Part shown: one piece after another, positions 1 through 8,878 of the stretch
Layout: each line of letters starts with the position of its first letter
Position numbering within the stretch: the first letter of the stretch is position 1
NCBI GenBank assembly: GCA_030018135.1
Contig: JASEGJ010000003.1
Span: forward strand, 27,083-91,082
Length of the DNA: 64,000 nt
Direction: 5' to 3'
DNA from: Candidatus Hodarchaeaceae archaeon
GTDB taxonomy: Archaea > Hadarchaeota > Hadarchaeia > Hadarchaeales > Hadarchaeaceae
The notes under the pieces: model-generated
Database searches by the model: none
Seen by the model: the letters and a program-made list of their open reading frames with translations, nothing else
What the model was told of the DNA's origin: nothing
Position numbers and translations under genes: made by a program

Positions 1-278
1 GGGAACAGGCGGGGATTGCCGCCGTCTTCATCGGGGTCGCGATCGGAAGTTTGCTACCAGCTTGCCCTTTCATCTCCTTCCCGATAATCGCGGGTGTTTA
101 TGCTGCTGGTGCGAGTCTTGTCGGAGTGATGGCTATGCTTTTCGGGTCTGGGCTCGCCTTCGCGTGTCGGGTCACTTGCGATCTCATGTTTTTTAACCCA
201 AAGGTTGCCGGAGCCCGGATGACGCTGTCGTTCTTCGTGGCCGTCGTTGCAGGGCTTCTGGTTTACTTCATCATCTGA
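1..278 (+). CDS. Permease (DUF318/ArsP-like), 5'-truncated by window edge
   Basis: Hydrophobic ORF with IGSLLPACPF motif, paralogous to GSLLPPCPY in the next gene. Confidence 0.6.
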   Translation, partial: EQAGIAAVFIGVAIGSLLPACPFISFPIIAGVYAAGASLVGVMAMLFGSGLAFACRVTCDLMFFNPKVAGARMTLSFFVAVVAGLLVYFII

Positions 279-287
279 GGTGAAGCA

Positions 288-839
288 ATGGAGACGAAGG
301 AAAAGATCTACTTGAGCATAGTAATCGCGGCGGTTCTTCTCTACTTGGTGACTTGGCTTTTGGACCCCACGCGAGTCAAAAAATGCGTTGCCGCGAGTTT
401 TTCTGAAGTGAAGAAACTGTTCATCCCTATCTTGGCAGCGATCTTCGCCGGAAGTGTCGCAAAGAACCTTCTGCTGGGAAGCCGTTTCATGAAGATCTTG
501 GGTGGTAAATCCAAGCTGAGGGGGGTAGTTGCGGGGGGGACGCTCGGCAGTCTGTTGCCGCCATGTCCTTACGCCTCCTATCCGTTGATAAAAGGCGTAA
601 GCGACGGAGGAGCCAACTCCCTGAGCACGATGGCGATGCTCCTCGGCCTCACGTCGGTGGCGGTGGGGCGAGTTTTCGCCGGGATCGCGATCTTGGGCCC
701 GGAGATCGAAGGACTCAGAATACTTTTTTCATTTTTGGCAGTGATGCTCGTCGGCACCCTTTGCTTCTACTTTGACCGCGCCTTGGAGGTTAAGAGAAGG
801 TTGCCGCGTGTTCTGAGCCGCGCGAGCGAACCCAAGTGA
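288..839 (+). CDS. Permease (DUF318/ArsP-like)
   Basis: Multi-TM protein with LGSLLPPCPYASYP motif; GAGGTGA SD upstream. Confidence 0.65.
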   Translation: METKEKIYLSIVIAAVLLYLVTWLLDPTRVKKCVAASFSEVKKLFIPILAAIFAGSVAKNLLLGSRFMKILGGKSKLRGVVAGGTLGSLLPPCPYASYPLIKGVSDGGANSLSTMAMLLGLTSVAVGRVFAGIAILGPEIEGLRILFSFLAVMLVGTLCFYFDRALEVKRRLPRVLSRASEPK

Positions 840-1029
840 TCAAATTCGCTGCCTTAGCTCTACTGCGTGGGGACACTCGCGGTTTTGTTTTCTGGGAGCT
901 AGCATAGTGGCCATCGCATCGGGACCTTAGAGTACTGACAAATTTCCCCCAACGCCGCTGCTATCCGAACCAACGAGAGATGAAGGTAATACTTTTATTC
1001 AAATAGGTAATATCAATTGAGGCGATGCG

Positions 1030-2304
1030 ATGCTCAATTATATGATCGAGAGAATGACTAGGAAAAAAATTGGAAATGTCAAATTTTCCAGAACCAAACC
1101 AGAAATCCCAAATGATAAGGATGAAATCGGTCTATACATCCACATACCATTTTGTAAGGTCCCATGTCCGTTCTGCGCTTACATCCGCTATCCTTGGAAC
1201 CCAAAGCTCGAGCGACCTTACGTGGAGGCCGTGAAGGAGGAGATAAACCTCTACCGGGAGAGGCTAAGCGACGTGAAAATAAACTCTATATACGTCGGCG
1301 GGGGCACCCCAACCATCATGCCTGAGGGCATTGCCGATATCCTCAGACATGCCGAGGACACTTTCGACGTGAGCAGCGACATAGGAGTCGAATCAAACCC
1401 CGATGATTTGAATGAAAAAACCCTTGAGCTTCTGCTTGACGCCGGCGTGAGCAAGCTCAGCATGGGGGTACAGTCCTTCAACGACGAGATCTTAAAAGCG
1501 ATAGGGAGACGAAGCCACGACGCAAAACAGGCGCTTGACGCAATAGAACTCGTCATGGACAACGGTGGATTTGACACTTTCAGCATCGATTTGATGTTTT
1601 CCCTGCCGACCCAGTCCCTCTCCAGTTTGAAGAGAGATCTCGAGATAGCCATCGAAAAGGGCGTGCCGCAGGTCGCAACTTATCCCCTCCTCTTGTTCCC
1701 CTACTGCAAGATGTACCGCGATGAGAAAGAGGGAAAGGTGAAGCTGCAGAACAAAAAAATCGAAAAGTGCATGTACGACACCATCGTGGATTCCTTCACG
1801 GATGCGGGCTATGAACCATGTTCGGTCTGGAGCTTCGTAAAGCAAGGGATAGACAAGTACGGATCGGTCGAACGCGATGAGTACGTTGGGATAGGCGCGG
1901 GGGCGATGAGTTCTGTGAACCAATACTTTTACGCCAACACCGCTTCGATCGAGGAATACACCCGGACGGTAGGGGAGGGAGCTCTACCAATAACGATCGG
2001 GGCAGAGTTCCAGCCGGAGGGCGTCGCGGCGAGATGGCTGTCTATGTCACTTTACGAAACGGGGTTCGACAAGCGCGAGTTCAAAAATCGCTTCAGCATG
2101 GGTGTCGACGAGAAATTTAAATCATTCCTGCGCTGGCTCAAACTCTTTGGGATCATAAAACTCGAAGGAGATCACGTCCAAGTTACAAGGAAAGGTATGT
2201 GCCCCATCCATCTGATGACAAAAACATTCTTGCTCACGTTCATAGCCAAAGCGTGCGTCGCGTGCATGGAAAACCCAAAGCCCCTAAACTTGCAGGTAGG
2301 CTAA
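1030..2304 (+). CDS. HemN-like (class C) radical SAM protein, possibly a MenK/MenK2-type methyltransferase
   Basis: LYIHIPFCKVPCPFC (CxxxCxxC), YVGGGTPT, SMGVQSF, QVATYPL. Confidence 0.8.
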   Translation: MLNYMIERMTRKKIGNVKFSRTKPEIPNDKDEIGLYIHIPFCKVPCPFCAYIRYPWNPKLERPYVEAVKEEINLYRERLSDVKINSIYVGGGTPTIMPEGIADILRHAEDTFDVSSDIGVESNPDDLNEKTLELLLDAGVSKLSMGVQSFNDEILKAIGRRSHDAKQALDAIELVMDNGGFDTFSIDLMFSLPTQSLSSLKRDLEIAIEKGVPQVATYPLLLFPYCKMYRDEKEGKVKLQNKKIEKCMYDTIVDSFTDAGYEPCSVWSFVKQGIDKYGSVERDEYVGIGAGAMSSVNQYFYANTASIEEYTRTVGEGALPITIGAEFQPEGVAARWLSMSLYETGFDKREFKNRFSMGVDEKFKSFLRWLKLFGIIKLEGDHVQVTRKGMCPIHLMTKTFLLTFIAKACVACMENPKPLNLQVG

Positions 2305-2384
2305 GCGTTGCTTCTCTTCAGTCTTCGGATGGATTTTATTGCAATTGCATATAACAACAACAGTTAAAAACACTTTCACGCTAA

Positions 2385-2404
2385 AAATTAGGCATGCCTA
2401 ATTT
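2385..2404. promoter_or_regulatory. DtxR/IdeR-type operator upstream of feoAB
   Basis: Perfect 20-bp palindrome AAATTAGGCATGCCTAATTT (TTAGG-N4-CCTAA) between a TATA-like element and the feoA start; a DtxR-family gene ends the operon. Confidence 0.8.
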
Positions 2405-2419
2405 CAAGGAGAGCCGTAT

Positions 2420-2653
2420 TTGAGAAAATTACTCGTTGAGCTAAGAGCGGGCGAGAGTGGCATCATTGCGGGCGTCACAGGCGGGTTTGGGTTGCAACGG
2501 CGTTTGGCAACTTTAGGGATAAAAATCAACAAAAAAGTCCGAATGATCACTGCTCAACCGTTCAGGGGCCCTGTTGTCGTGGAAGTCGATGGGGCCCGTG
2601 TAGCAATCGGCATGGGAATAGCTTGGAAGGTCCTTGTGGAGGTAACAAAGTGA
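2420..2653 (+). CDS. feoA: Ferrous iron transport protein A
   Basis: 77 aa, RRLATLGI...PFRGPVVVEVDGARVAIG SH3-like FeoA signature; overlaps feoB (GTGA). Confidence 0.9.
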   Translation: MRKLLVELRAGESGIIAGVTGGFGLQRRLATLGIKINKKVRMITAQPFRGPVVVEVDGARVAIGMGIAWKVLVEVTK

Positions 2654-4356
2654 GAATACTCCTCATGGGAAATCCAAACGTCGGTAAAAGTGTCGTTTTT
2701 TCAAGGCTGACAGGTACCAGCGTGGTCGTGTCCAATTACCCCGGTACCACAGTTGAGTTCACGAAAGGCACGATGAAGATTGGGGAAAAGAAAGCAGACG
2801 TAATCGACGTTCCGGGGACCTATACCTTGGAGCCAACCACAAGGGCAGAAGAAGTCGCAGTTGAGATGCTTAAAGAAGGCGATGTGGTCATCGATATCGT
2901 CGACGCCACAAACTTGGAGAGAAACCTTTACTTAACGCTTCAGCTATTGGAAAAGAAAGTGCCTGTGATCGTGGCCCTCAACTTGTCGGACGAGGCCAAG
3001 CACAAAGGTATAACTATCGATGTCAAGAAACTCGAGAAATTATTAGACGTCCCAGTCGTTCCCACCGTTGCCATCACTGGAGAGGGGCTCAAAAAACTCG
3101 TTTCTCGCCTGCCTGAAGCCAAAGCACATGCTTACAGACACACCGACGAACAAAGATGGGAAAAAGTGGGCAAGATCGTTGAAGATGTCCAATCAGTAGC
3201 GCATCGACATCATACTTTGGCAGAAAGGCTAGGGGATGCAACCGTTAGGCCCTTAACTGGGATCCCAATTGCCATTGGAATAGTTACACTAATGTTCCTT
3301 GTGATACGATTCATCGGCGAGGGATTGATTGCCAATGTGTTTGATCCAGCGTTTGGGGCCTATGAACCCGTAGCGATGAGGATGAGCGAAGCATTAGGTT
3401 CTGGCGGCCTCCTCCATAATATCGTAATCGGAAACCTGATCGATGGCGGGATAGACTTTACGCAGTCCATGGGCCTATTGACTACCGGGATTTTTGTCCC
3501 GTTCGCAATGGTTCTACCTTACGTGTTTGCGTTTTACTTGGTGCTGGGATTTCTCGAGGATAGCGGCTACTTACCAAGGCTAGGTGTACTTGTCGATAGT
3601 GGAATGCACAGGGTAGGGATGCACGGCCTTGCGGTAGTGCCGATGTTGCTTGGCTTAGGGTGCAATGTCCCGGGAGCTCTTTCTTCCAGAATTCTCGAAA
3701 CTCAAAGGCAAAGGTTCATTGCCCTCACGCTCATGGGGATAGCAGTCCCATGCATGGCCCAGCTCGCCATAATCTTCGGGTTGGTAGGTCCCTATGGCAT
3801 CGGAGCTCTGGCGATGGTCTTTGCAACACTTTTTGTGGTATGGGTGGTGATTGGGCTCTTGCTCAACAAGGTTTTGGCGGGCGAAAGTCCGGAGATGTTC
3901 ACAGAAATTCCGCCTTACCGCATGCCGTATTGGGGGGCAACATTGAAAAAGCTGTGGATGAGGATAAGGCACTTTTTGACCACGGCGATCCCCTTCGTGC
4001 TGCTGGGCGTACTTCTTGTGAATGTATTGTATACTTTGGGGATAATCGACTTCATGGGTGATATCGCATCCCCAGTTGTTGTTGGGTTGCTTGGGTTACC
4101 GCCGGCTGCGGCCGGAGCATTGATAATAGGATTTCTGCGCAAAGATGTGGCTGTAGGGATGTTGCTGCCCCTCGGCCTGAGCATGCAACAGCTGGTAGTG
4201 GCCAGCGTGGTACTGGCGATGTACTTCCCCTGTGTCGCAACCTTCGCCATCCTCTTCAAAGAGTTCGGGATAAAAGGCACGATAAAATCTACTTCAATTA
4301 TGATCGGAATGGCGTTGCTAGTGGGGACTTTACTTAGACTTGTACTCGGTGTGTGA
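2650..4356 (+). CDS. feoB: Ferrous iron transport protein B
   Basis: [22 protein letters not shown] GTPase motifs plus membrane domain ([23 protein letters not shown]); GTG start at 2650. Confidence 0.95.
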   Translation: MRILLMGNPNVGKSVVFSRLTGTSVVVSNYPGTTVEFTKGTMKIGEKKADVIDVPGTYTLEPTTRAEEVAVEMLKEGDVVIDIVDATNLERNLYLTLQLLEKKVPVIVALNLSDEAKHKGITIDVKKLEKLLDVPVVPTVAITGEGLKKLVSRLPEAKAHAYRHTDEQRWEKVGKIVEDVQSVAHRHHTLAERLGDATVRPLTGIPIAIGIVTLMFLVIRFIGEGLIANVFDPAFGAYEPVAMRMSEALGSGGLLHNIVIGNLIDGGIDFTQSMGLLTTGIFVPFAMVLPYVFAFYLVLGFLEDSGYLPRLGVLVDSGMHRVGMHGLAVVPMLLGLGCNVPGALSSRILETQRQRFIALTLMGIAVPCMAQLAIIFGLVGPYGIGALAMVFATLFVVWVVIGLLLNKVLAGESPEMFTEIPPYRMPYWGATLKKLWMRIRHFLTTAIPFVLLGVLLVNVLYTLGIIDFMGDIASPVVVGLLGLPPAAAGALIIGFLRKDVAVGMLLPLGLSMQQLVVASVVLAMYFPCVATFAILFKEFGIKGTIKSTSIMIGMALLVGTLLRLVLGV

Positions 4357-4357
4357 G

Positions 4358-4786
4358 ATGCCATCGGTAAGTATCGACGAATATCTGGAAGTCCTGTGGA
4401 CTCTACGGGTCGATAGAAATCAGCCCGGAAAGATAAGGGATGTCGCAAAGTTATTAAAAATCGCGCCGCCAAGTGTGTTCCAAATGTTCGAAAAAATGAG
4501 AATGCAGGGGCTGATTAAATATGACAAGCGCTCTGGGGCAGATTTCACACGAAAGGGAAAGAGGAGGGCCAGACATATTGTGAGAAGTCACAAGCTTGTG
4601 GAAAAACTCCTCGTTGACATCGTGGGCGTTAAACTCGGTGAGGTGGAACGTCCCGCTTGCGGCGCCGAGCATTATCTGCCAGAAGAAGTGGCTGATGCGA
4701 TATGTATTTATTTGAAACATCCGCGCGAGTGTCCACACGGAGATCCGATTCCGAAGGGAAAATGTTGTCCTCAGAGGAAAGTTTGA
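4358..4786 (+). CDS. DtxR/MntR-family metal-dependent transcriptional regulator
   Basis: DEYLE, HTH IRDVAKLLKIAPPSV, HKLVEKLL, AEH, CPHGDPIP. Confidence 0.9.
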   Translation: MPSVSIDEYLEVLWTLRVDRNQPGKIRDVAKLLKIAPPSVFQMFEKMRMQGLIKYDKRSGADFTRKGKRRARHIVRSHKLVEKLLVDIVGVKLGEVERPACGAEHYLPEEVADAICIYLKHPRECPHGDPIPKGKCCPQRKV

Positions 4787-4855
4787 GGGCGCCGATATAG
4801 GACCATTGCACAAAAACCTATATTGGCACGAGTAATTCTCTTCTATGGGGTTAGC

Positions 4856-5203
4856 TTGTACCAATGGCGTCGCGGTCGGCGAGGGGGACCTGGAAGGCCG
4901 ATGAAACCCAGGTTCTTGAGCTTCAGGCCCGAAGCGATAACGTTTATGCCATCCGCTCCAATAGGGCCACCAATCGCGGGCGAGCCGATCTACATGACTT
5001 ATGACGAGTACGAGGCCTTTCGCCTGATTTATCACGAAGGGCTGAACCAGGAGGAGGCCGCCAAGCGGATGAAAATTTCGCGTGGGACGGTGTGGCGCTG
5101 CTTAGAGAGCGCGAGGAATAAGGTTGCCTGCATGCTCGTCGAACGCCGCCCGCTCGTGGTCACGTCTGCACCTCCTCGACCTCCAGAGGAGACAGGCACT
5201 TGA
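4856..5203 (+). CDS. DUF134 (UPF0251) DNA-binding protein
   Basis: GRPMKPR, DEYEAFRL...GLNQEEAAKRMKISRGTVWRCLESARNKVA; start uncertain (TTG 4856 vs 4823). Confidence 0.85.
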   Translation: MYQWRRGRRGGPGRPMKPRFLSFRPEAITFMPSAPIGPPIAGEPIYMTYDEYEAFRLIYHEGLNQEEAAKRMKISRGTVWRCLESARNKVACMLVERRPLVVTSAPPRPPEETGT

Positions 5204-6039
5204 GCCAAGTCGATAGAATACGGCTCACGGTTTTGGTTGACGATTCCAAGAACCCGATCAGACCCGAACTCACAGCCAAGCACGGGTTGTCCTTCTTCAT
5301 CGAATTGAAAGCTGGCAGACACACAACTAGTCTGTTGCTGGATACCGGGCCGTCCGCCGATGTTGTCCTACAAAACGCTCGGAAGCTCGACATCGATTTG
5401 AGGAAGGTGGATTCTATTTTCCTGAGCCACGGACATTACGACCATACCGGTGGGCTCTTGGGCGTCCTAAAACACATCGGCAAAAAGGTACCTGTGATAG
5501 CCCACCCAGAGGCGCTTGAGCCAAAATTTGCGAGGAGGAAGAAGCGTCTCAAAAAGGCCGGCATCCCTTTTCAAGTTTCAGAGTTGCAGAGATCGAGCGG
5601 CATCTTAACTCTAAAACGGGGGTCGACTTCCGTAGCGCCCGGAGTTTGGGTGAGCGGGGAAATCAAAAGAGTCAGCCCATTTGAAGAGGTAAAGGGGTTC
5701 AAGGTTATGAGGCGGGGCAAACTCGTAGAGGATTACATGCCGGATGATCAGGCTCTTTTCGTGAGGGTCAAGGGCAGGGGGCTGGTGGTCATCACGGGTT
5801 GCGCTCACGCGGGGTTGATAAACACGATCAAGCAGGCGCAAAAGGTAACGGGTTCGAGCGGCGTGTATGCGGTCGTTGGTGGGTTTCACCTAGCTGGAGC
5901 AAGTGCGGGAAGGATAAATGCAACCATTGAGGAGCTCCAGAAAGCTGGCGTGAAAGCTGTCATGCCATGTCACTGCACGGGAAAGAAGGCAATCACAAAG
6001 TTCTCGAAGGTCTTTGGAAAAAAAGTGCAACCAGCTTAG
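5200..6039 (+). CDS. MBL-fold metallohydrolase (COG1237/MJ0301-like)
   Basis: HGLSF, LLDTG, LSHGHYDHTGG, DDQAL, TGCAHAG, GGFHL, PCHCTG; possible 1-bp indel in A7 run near the 3' end. Confidence 0.85.
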   Translation: MSQVDRIRLTVLVDDSKNPIRPELTAKHGLSFFIELKAGRHTTSLLLDTGPSADVVLQNARKLDIDLRKVDSIFLSHGHYDHTGGLLGVLKHIGKKVPVIAHPEALEPKFARRKKRLKKAGIPFQVSELQRSSGILTLKRGSTSVAPGVWVSGEIKRVSPFEEVKGFKVMRRGKLVEDYMPDDQALFVRVKGRGLVVITGCAHAGLINTIKQAQKVTGSSGVYAVVGGFHLAGASAGRINATIEELQKAGVKAVMPCHCTGKKAITKFSKVFGKKVQPA

Positions 6040-6067
6040 AACAGGTAATGTAATCATTCTAAGCACC

Positions 6068-6101
6068 AAAAAGCTTTTATAGAATTATGTGCAATAGCAC
6101 A
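6068..6101 (+). promoter_or_regulatory. BRE/TATA promoter with downstream palindrome
   Basis: AAAAAGCTTTTATA followed by TGTGCAATAGCACA (6088-6101). Confidence 0.6.
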
Positions 6102-6127
6102 AATAGTACAAATAGAGGTGGTAACGA

Positions 6128-6391
6128 ATGTGGTGGCCGGGTTTCGGCTGGGGTCGAGGCTGGTTTGGACCTTGGCCAGGCAGAGGGCCTTTTAGCTATC
6201 TGCCCCCATGGCAGAGACCCGGGTGGTGGTTTGGTCGAGGAGCGTGCTGGTGGCTCTTCGGACCTTGGGCGTGGTCGATGTTCGGATACCCATGGAGTGG
6301 ATACCTAGGAACCTACGGGTTTGCTCCGTACGCGATGCCACAGTACCCCTACCAAAGATACGTACCATACCCTTATCCGGGATACTGGTAA
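6128..6391 (+). CDS. Trp/Gly/Pro/Tyr-rich small protein (DUF5320-associated)
   Basis: GAGGTG SD; GPWPGRGPFSYLPPWQRPGW motif; 14 W, 11 Y and 7 F in 87 aa. Confidence 0.7.
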   Translation: MWWPGFGWGRGWFGPWPGRGPFSYLPPWQRPGWWFGRGACWWLFGPWAWSMFGYPWSGYLGTYGFAPYAMPQYPYQRYVPYPYPGYW

Positions 6392-6414
6392 ACAAACAAA
6401 AGGAGGTCAAAAGT

Positions 6415-6732
6415 ATGTGGTGGCCTAGAGGTTGGAGATGTTGGTGGTGGTATATGAATCCATACATGTACCCACCCTACCTACCATACGTGCAAGCGCC
6501 GCAGCAACCCTCGCAACCTGCGCCGCAACCCACGCAGCCCGCAACAGTACCTTACTACCCGCTCCCACCGTTCATGCCTCCTCCACCGACGCCCGAGCAA
6601 GAGATCGAAGCGCTGGAGGCATACAAAAGCGAGCTCGAAGAGGAACTCAAGGGCATCGAGGCGAGGATAAAAGAGTTGAGGGAGTCCCTAGGCAAAGGAT
6701 CCAGCGGTCAACCATCTGAAACCGGAAAGTGA
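6415..6732 (+). CDS. DUF5320-like protein (Trp/Pro-rich N-terminus, coiled-coil C-terminus)
   Basis: AGGAGG SD then ATG 6415 MWWPRGWRCWWW...; PEQEIEALEAYKSELEEELKGIEARIKEL coiled coil. Confidence 0.75.
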   Translation: MWWPRGWRCWWWYMNPYMYPPYLPYVQAPQQPSQPAPQPTQPATVPYYPLPPFMPPPPTPEQEIEALEAYKSELEEELKGIEARIKELRESLGKGSSGQPSETGK

Positions 6733-6736
6733 TAAA

Positions 6737-7102
6737 TTGGGGCTTAAAGTGGCAGTTGCCACGAAGGGGCTCAAAAGCCTAGAGGATGAAGTATCAGATG
6801 TCTTCGGCAGAGCTCGAGCCTTTGCAATAGTCGAGACCGAGGGAGGTCAGATCAAGAACGCAAAAGCTGTGGAGAATCCCGCAGCTTCATACGAGTACGG
6901 AGCTGGACCGATAGTCACAAAAATGCTCGCCGACATGGGAGTCGAGGTCGTGATCGCTGGCGAGTTCGGTATGGGGGTGTCAGTTCTCCTCAAGGATAAG
7001 AATATCCGTGCAGTCAAAGTTAGAGCTGGAACAAATGTCTGCCGGGCCGTGGATAGTGAATTAAGTGAGAAACAAACTTCGGAGCGATTGTCATGCGGGT
7101 AG
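6737..7102 (+). CDS. NifB/NifX-family (dinitrogenase FeMo-co biosynthesis fold) protein
   Basis: KVAVAT, VSDVFGRARAFAIVE, ENPA, GAG, VIAGEFG. Confidence 0.85.
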   Translation: MGLKVAVATKGLKSLEDEVSDVFGRARAFAIVETEGGQIKNAKAVENPAASYEYGAGPIVTKMLADMGVEVVIAGEFGMGVSVLLKDKNIRAVKVRAGTNVCRAVDSELSEKQTSERLSCG

Positions 7103-7971
7103 CCATCCCATCAAATAAGCCTGGCGGACTGGATGCTGCGGTCTCCCCCCATTTTGGTCGTTGTGATGTATTCACGATAGTTAAAATTGAAAATGGCAAG
7201 GTAGTGGATGTAAGCGTTGTTGAAAATCGAGGGACACATTTCGGCTTTGGAGCAACACCTGCGGAAATCTTGGTTTCGAACGGCGTAGATGCGGTATTAG
7301 CTCAGGGTATGGGACCTAAGGCCCTGCAGCTCTTGGCACAAAGCGGTATCACAACGTACATGGCCTCGGCTCAAACGGTTGGAGAGGCTGTGCGCGAGCT
7401 GGTCGAGGATAAGGTCAGGCTGGCTACAATCGAGGAAGCGTGCAAAGAAGCAAGAGAACCTTGGTTGCCTCCGGCCCCTATCATGCCCGGTGTGGGGATG
7501 GGGATGGGCCGTGGAATGGGAAGGGGGGGGAGAATGATGGGTCCCTCTCCTTATGGTCCCGCTTACCCACCGATGATCCCCCCAACGCCGTATCCTCCAC
7601 AAATGCCGAAACCTTCTCCCCCACCAACAGGCCGCTTTAAAGTGGGCGTCGCAAGCCAGGGGCCAGGGGGACTCGACGACATGGTATCGCCGATCTTTGG
7701 CAGGTGCCCGAGCTTTACCATCGTCGAGATCGAAGGGAGAGAAATTAAAAATGTAAAGGTGATACCGAATCAATTCGTTTCTACGCCTCGCGGTGTGGGA
7801 ATCGCTGTGGTCCAGATGCTAGCAAGCGAAGGGGTGAAATTTATTTTGGCCGGACGATTTGGCCCTTGGGCATCCTCAACTTCTAGTCAATTCGATATCC
7901 AAATGGTCATGGTCCCGCCCGGCGTGAGGATTAGGGACGCTATCAACCAATACATCATCGGCTCACGCTAG
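7093..7971 (+). CDS. Tandem NifB/NifX-domain protein with Pro/Gly/Met-rich linker
   Basis: Two domains (SPHFGRCDVFTIV; SPIFGRCPSFTIVE) joined by PGVGMGMGRGMGRGGRMMGP...PPP linker. Confidence 0.85.
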   Translation: MRVAIPSNKPGGLDAAVSPHFGRCDVFTIVKIENGKVVDVSVVENRGTHFGFGATPAEILVSNGVDAVLAQGMGPKALQLLAQSGITTYMASAQTVGEAVRELVEDKVRLATIEEACKEAREPWLPPAPIMPGVGMGMGRGMGRGGRMMGPSPYGPAYPPMIPPTPYPPQMPKPSPPPTGRFKVGVASQGPGGLDDMVSPIFGRCPSFTIVEIEGREIKNVKVIPNQFVSTPRGVGIAVVQMLASEGVKFILAGRFGPWASSTSSQFDIQMVMVPPGVRIRDAINQYIIGSR

Positions 7972-7972
7972 G

Positions 7973-8878
7973 GTGCAGCGATTGAAGGAAATTGTGATCG
8001 CTAGTGGAAAGGGTGGAGTCGGTAAGACTACGGTCGCTGCATCGCTTGCAGTTTTTTTGGCCAAAGCCGGGACGAAAATCGTTGCAGCTGATGCAGATGT
8101 TGATGCACCGGATCTCTTGTTGGCGCTGGGTGGCGGAAAGACAATTTCCTCAACCGAGATCGAAGCTTCAGAAAAAGCGGTGGTCGACGGGTCGAAATGC
8201 ACTGGATGTGGTAATTGCGTCAGCGCTTGCCCGTTCGGCGCGATTGTGGTGCAGAATCGTCGACCAACCGTTGTGCGGCTCATGTGTGAGGGTTGCGGCG
8301 TGTGCGAGGTTGTCTGCCCCGTCAACGCAGTTGAGGTGAAAAAGGCGGTGACGGGCACCCTGAAAATCGAGGATACTAAGTACGGATTCCCGTTGGTGAC
8401 TGGGTACCTGAGGCTGGGCGAACACAATTCGGGGCACCTCGTAGCGAGCGTAAAAAAATCCGGGCGGAAGACGGCTGAGGATTTGGGGGCAAGGGCGCTC
8501 GTGGTCGACGCAGCGCCGGGTATAGGTTGCCCAGTGATCGCTTCGATCTCGGGAGCCAGCTATGTTATTGCTGTTACCGAGCCGACGCCTGCCGCCAAGC
8601 GGGACCTAGAACGCTTGGTCAAAATCATAAAACACTTCGGGGTCTCGGCGGGAGTGGTGATAAACAAGGCGAACCTCTCGGACGACTTCAGGGATGCGCT
8701 TGAGGACTGGGTAAAGCATGTGCTAGGTTATCAAATTTTAGGCGAGATCCCCATCGACTACGAAGTTGTTAAAGCTCTGGTGAACATGGTGCCGGTCACT
8801 GAGTTTAATCCAAACGCTGAAGCATCGAAGATCTTGACTGCGATAGCCAAACGCGTGCGAGATGAGGTTTTACTATGA
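7973..8878 (+). CDS. MinD-superfamily P-loop ATPase with inserted 2x[4Fe-4S] ferredoxin
   Basis: SGKGGVGKTT, DADVDAPD, CTGCGNCVSAC, CEGCGVCEVVC, GIGCPV, VTEPTP. Confidence 0.9.
   Translation: MQRLKEIVIASGKGGVGKTTVAASLAVFLAKAGTKIVAADADVDAPDLLLALGGGKTISSTEIEASEKAVVDGSKCTGCGNCVSACPFGAIVVQNRRPTVVRLMCEGCGVCEVVCPVNAVEVKKAVTGTLKIEDTKYGFPLVTGYLRLGEHNSGHLVASVKKSGRKTAEDLGARALVVDAAPGIGCPVIASISGASYVIAVTEPTPAAKRDLERLVKIIKHFGVSAGVVINKANLSDDFRDALEDWVKHVLGYQILGEIPIDYEVVKALVNMVPVTEFNPNAEASKILTAIAKRVRDEVLL

Noticed and set aside
6208-6414. N-terminal part of the 174-aa ORF
   Set aside because: Overlaps the Trp-rich gene; AGGAGG SD points to ATG 6415
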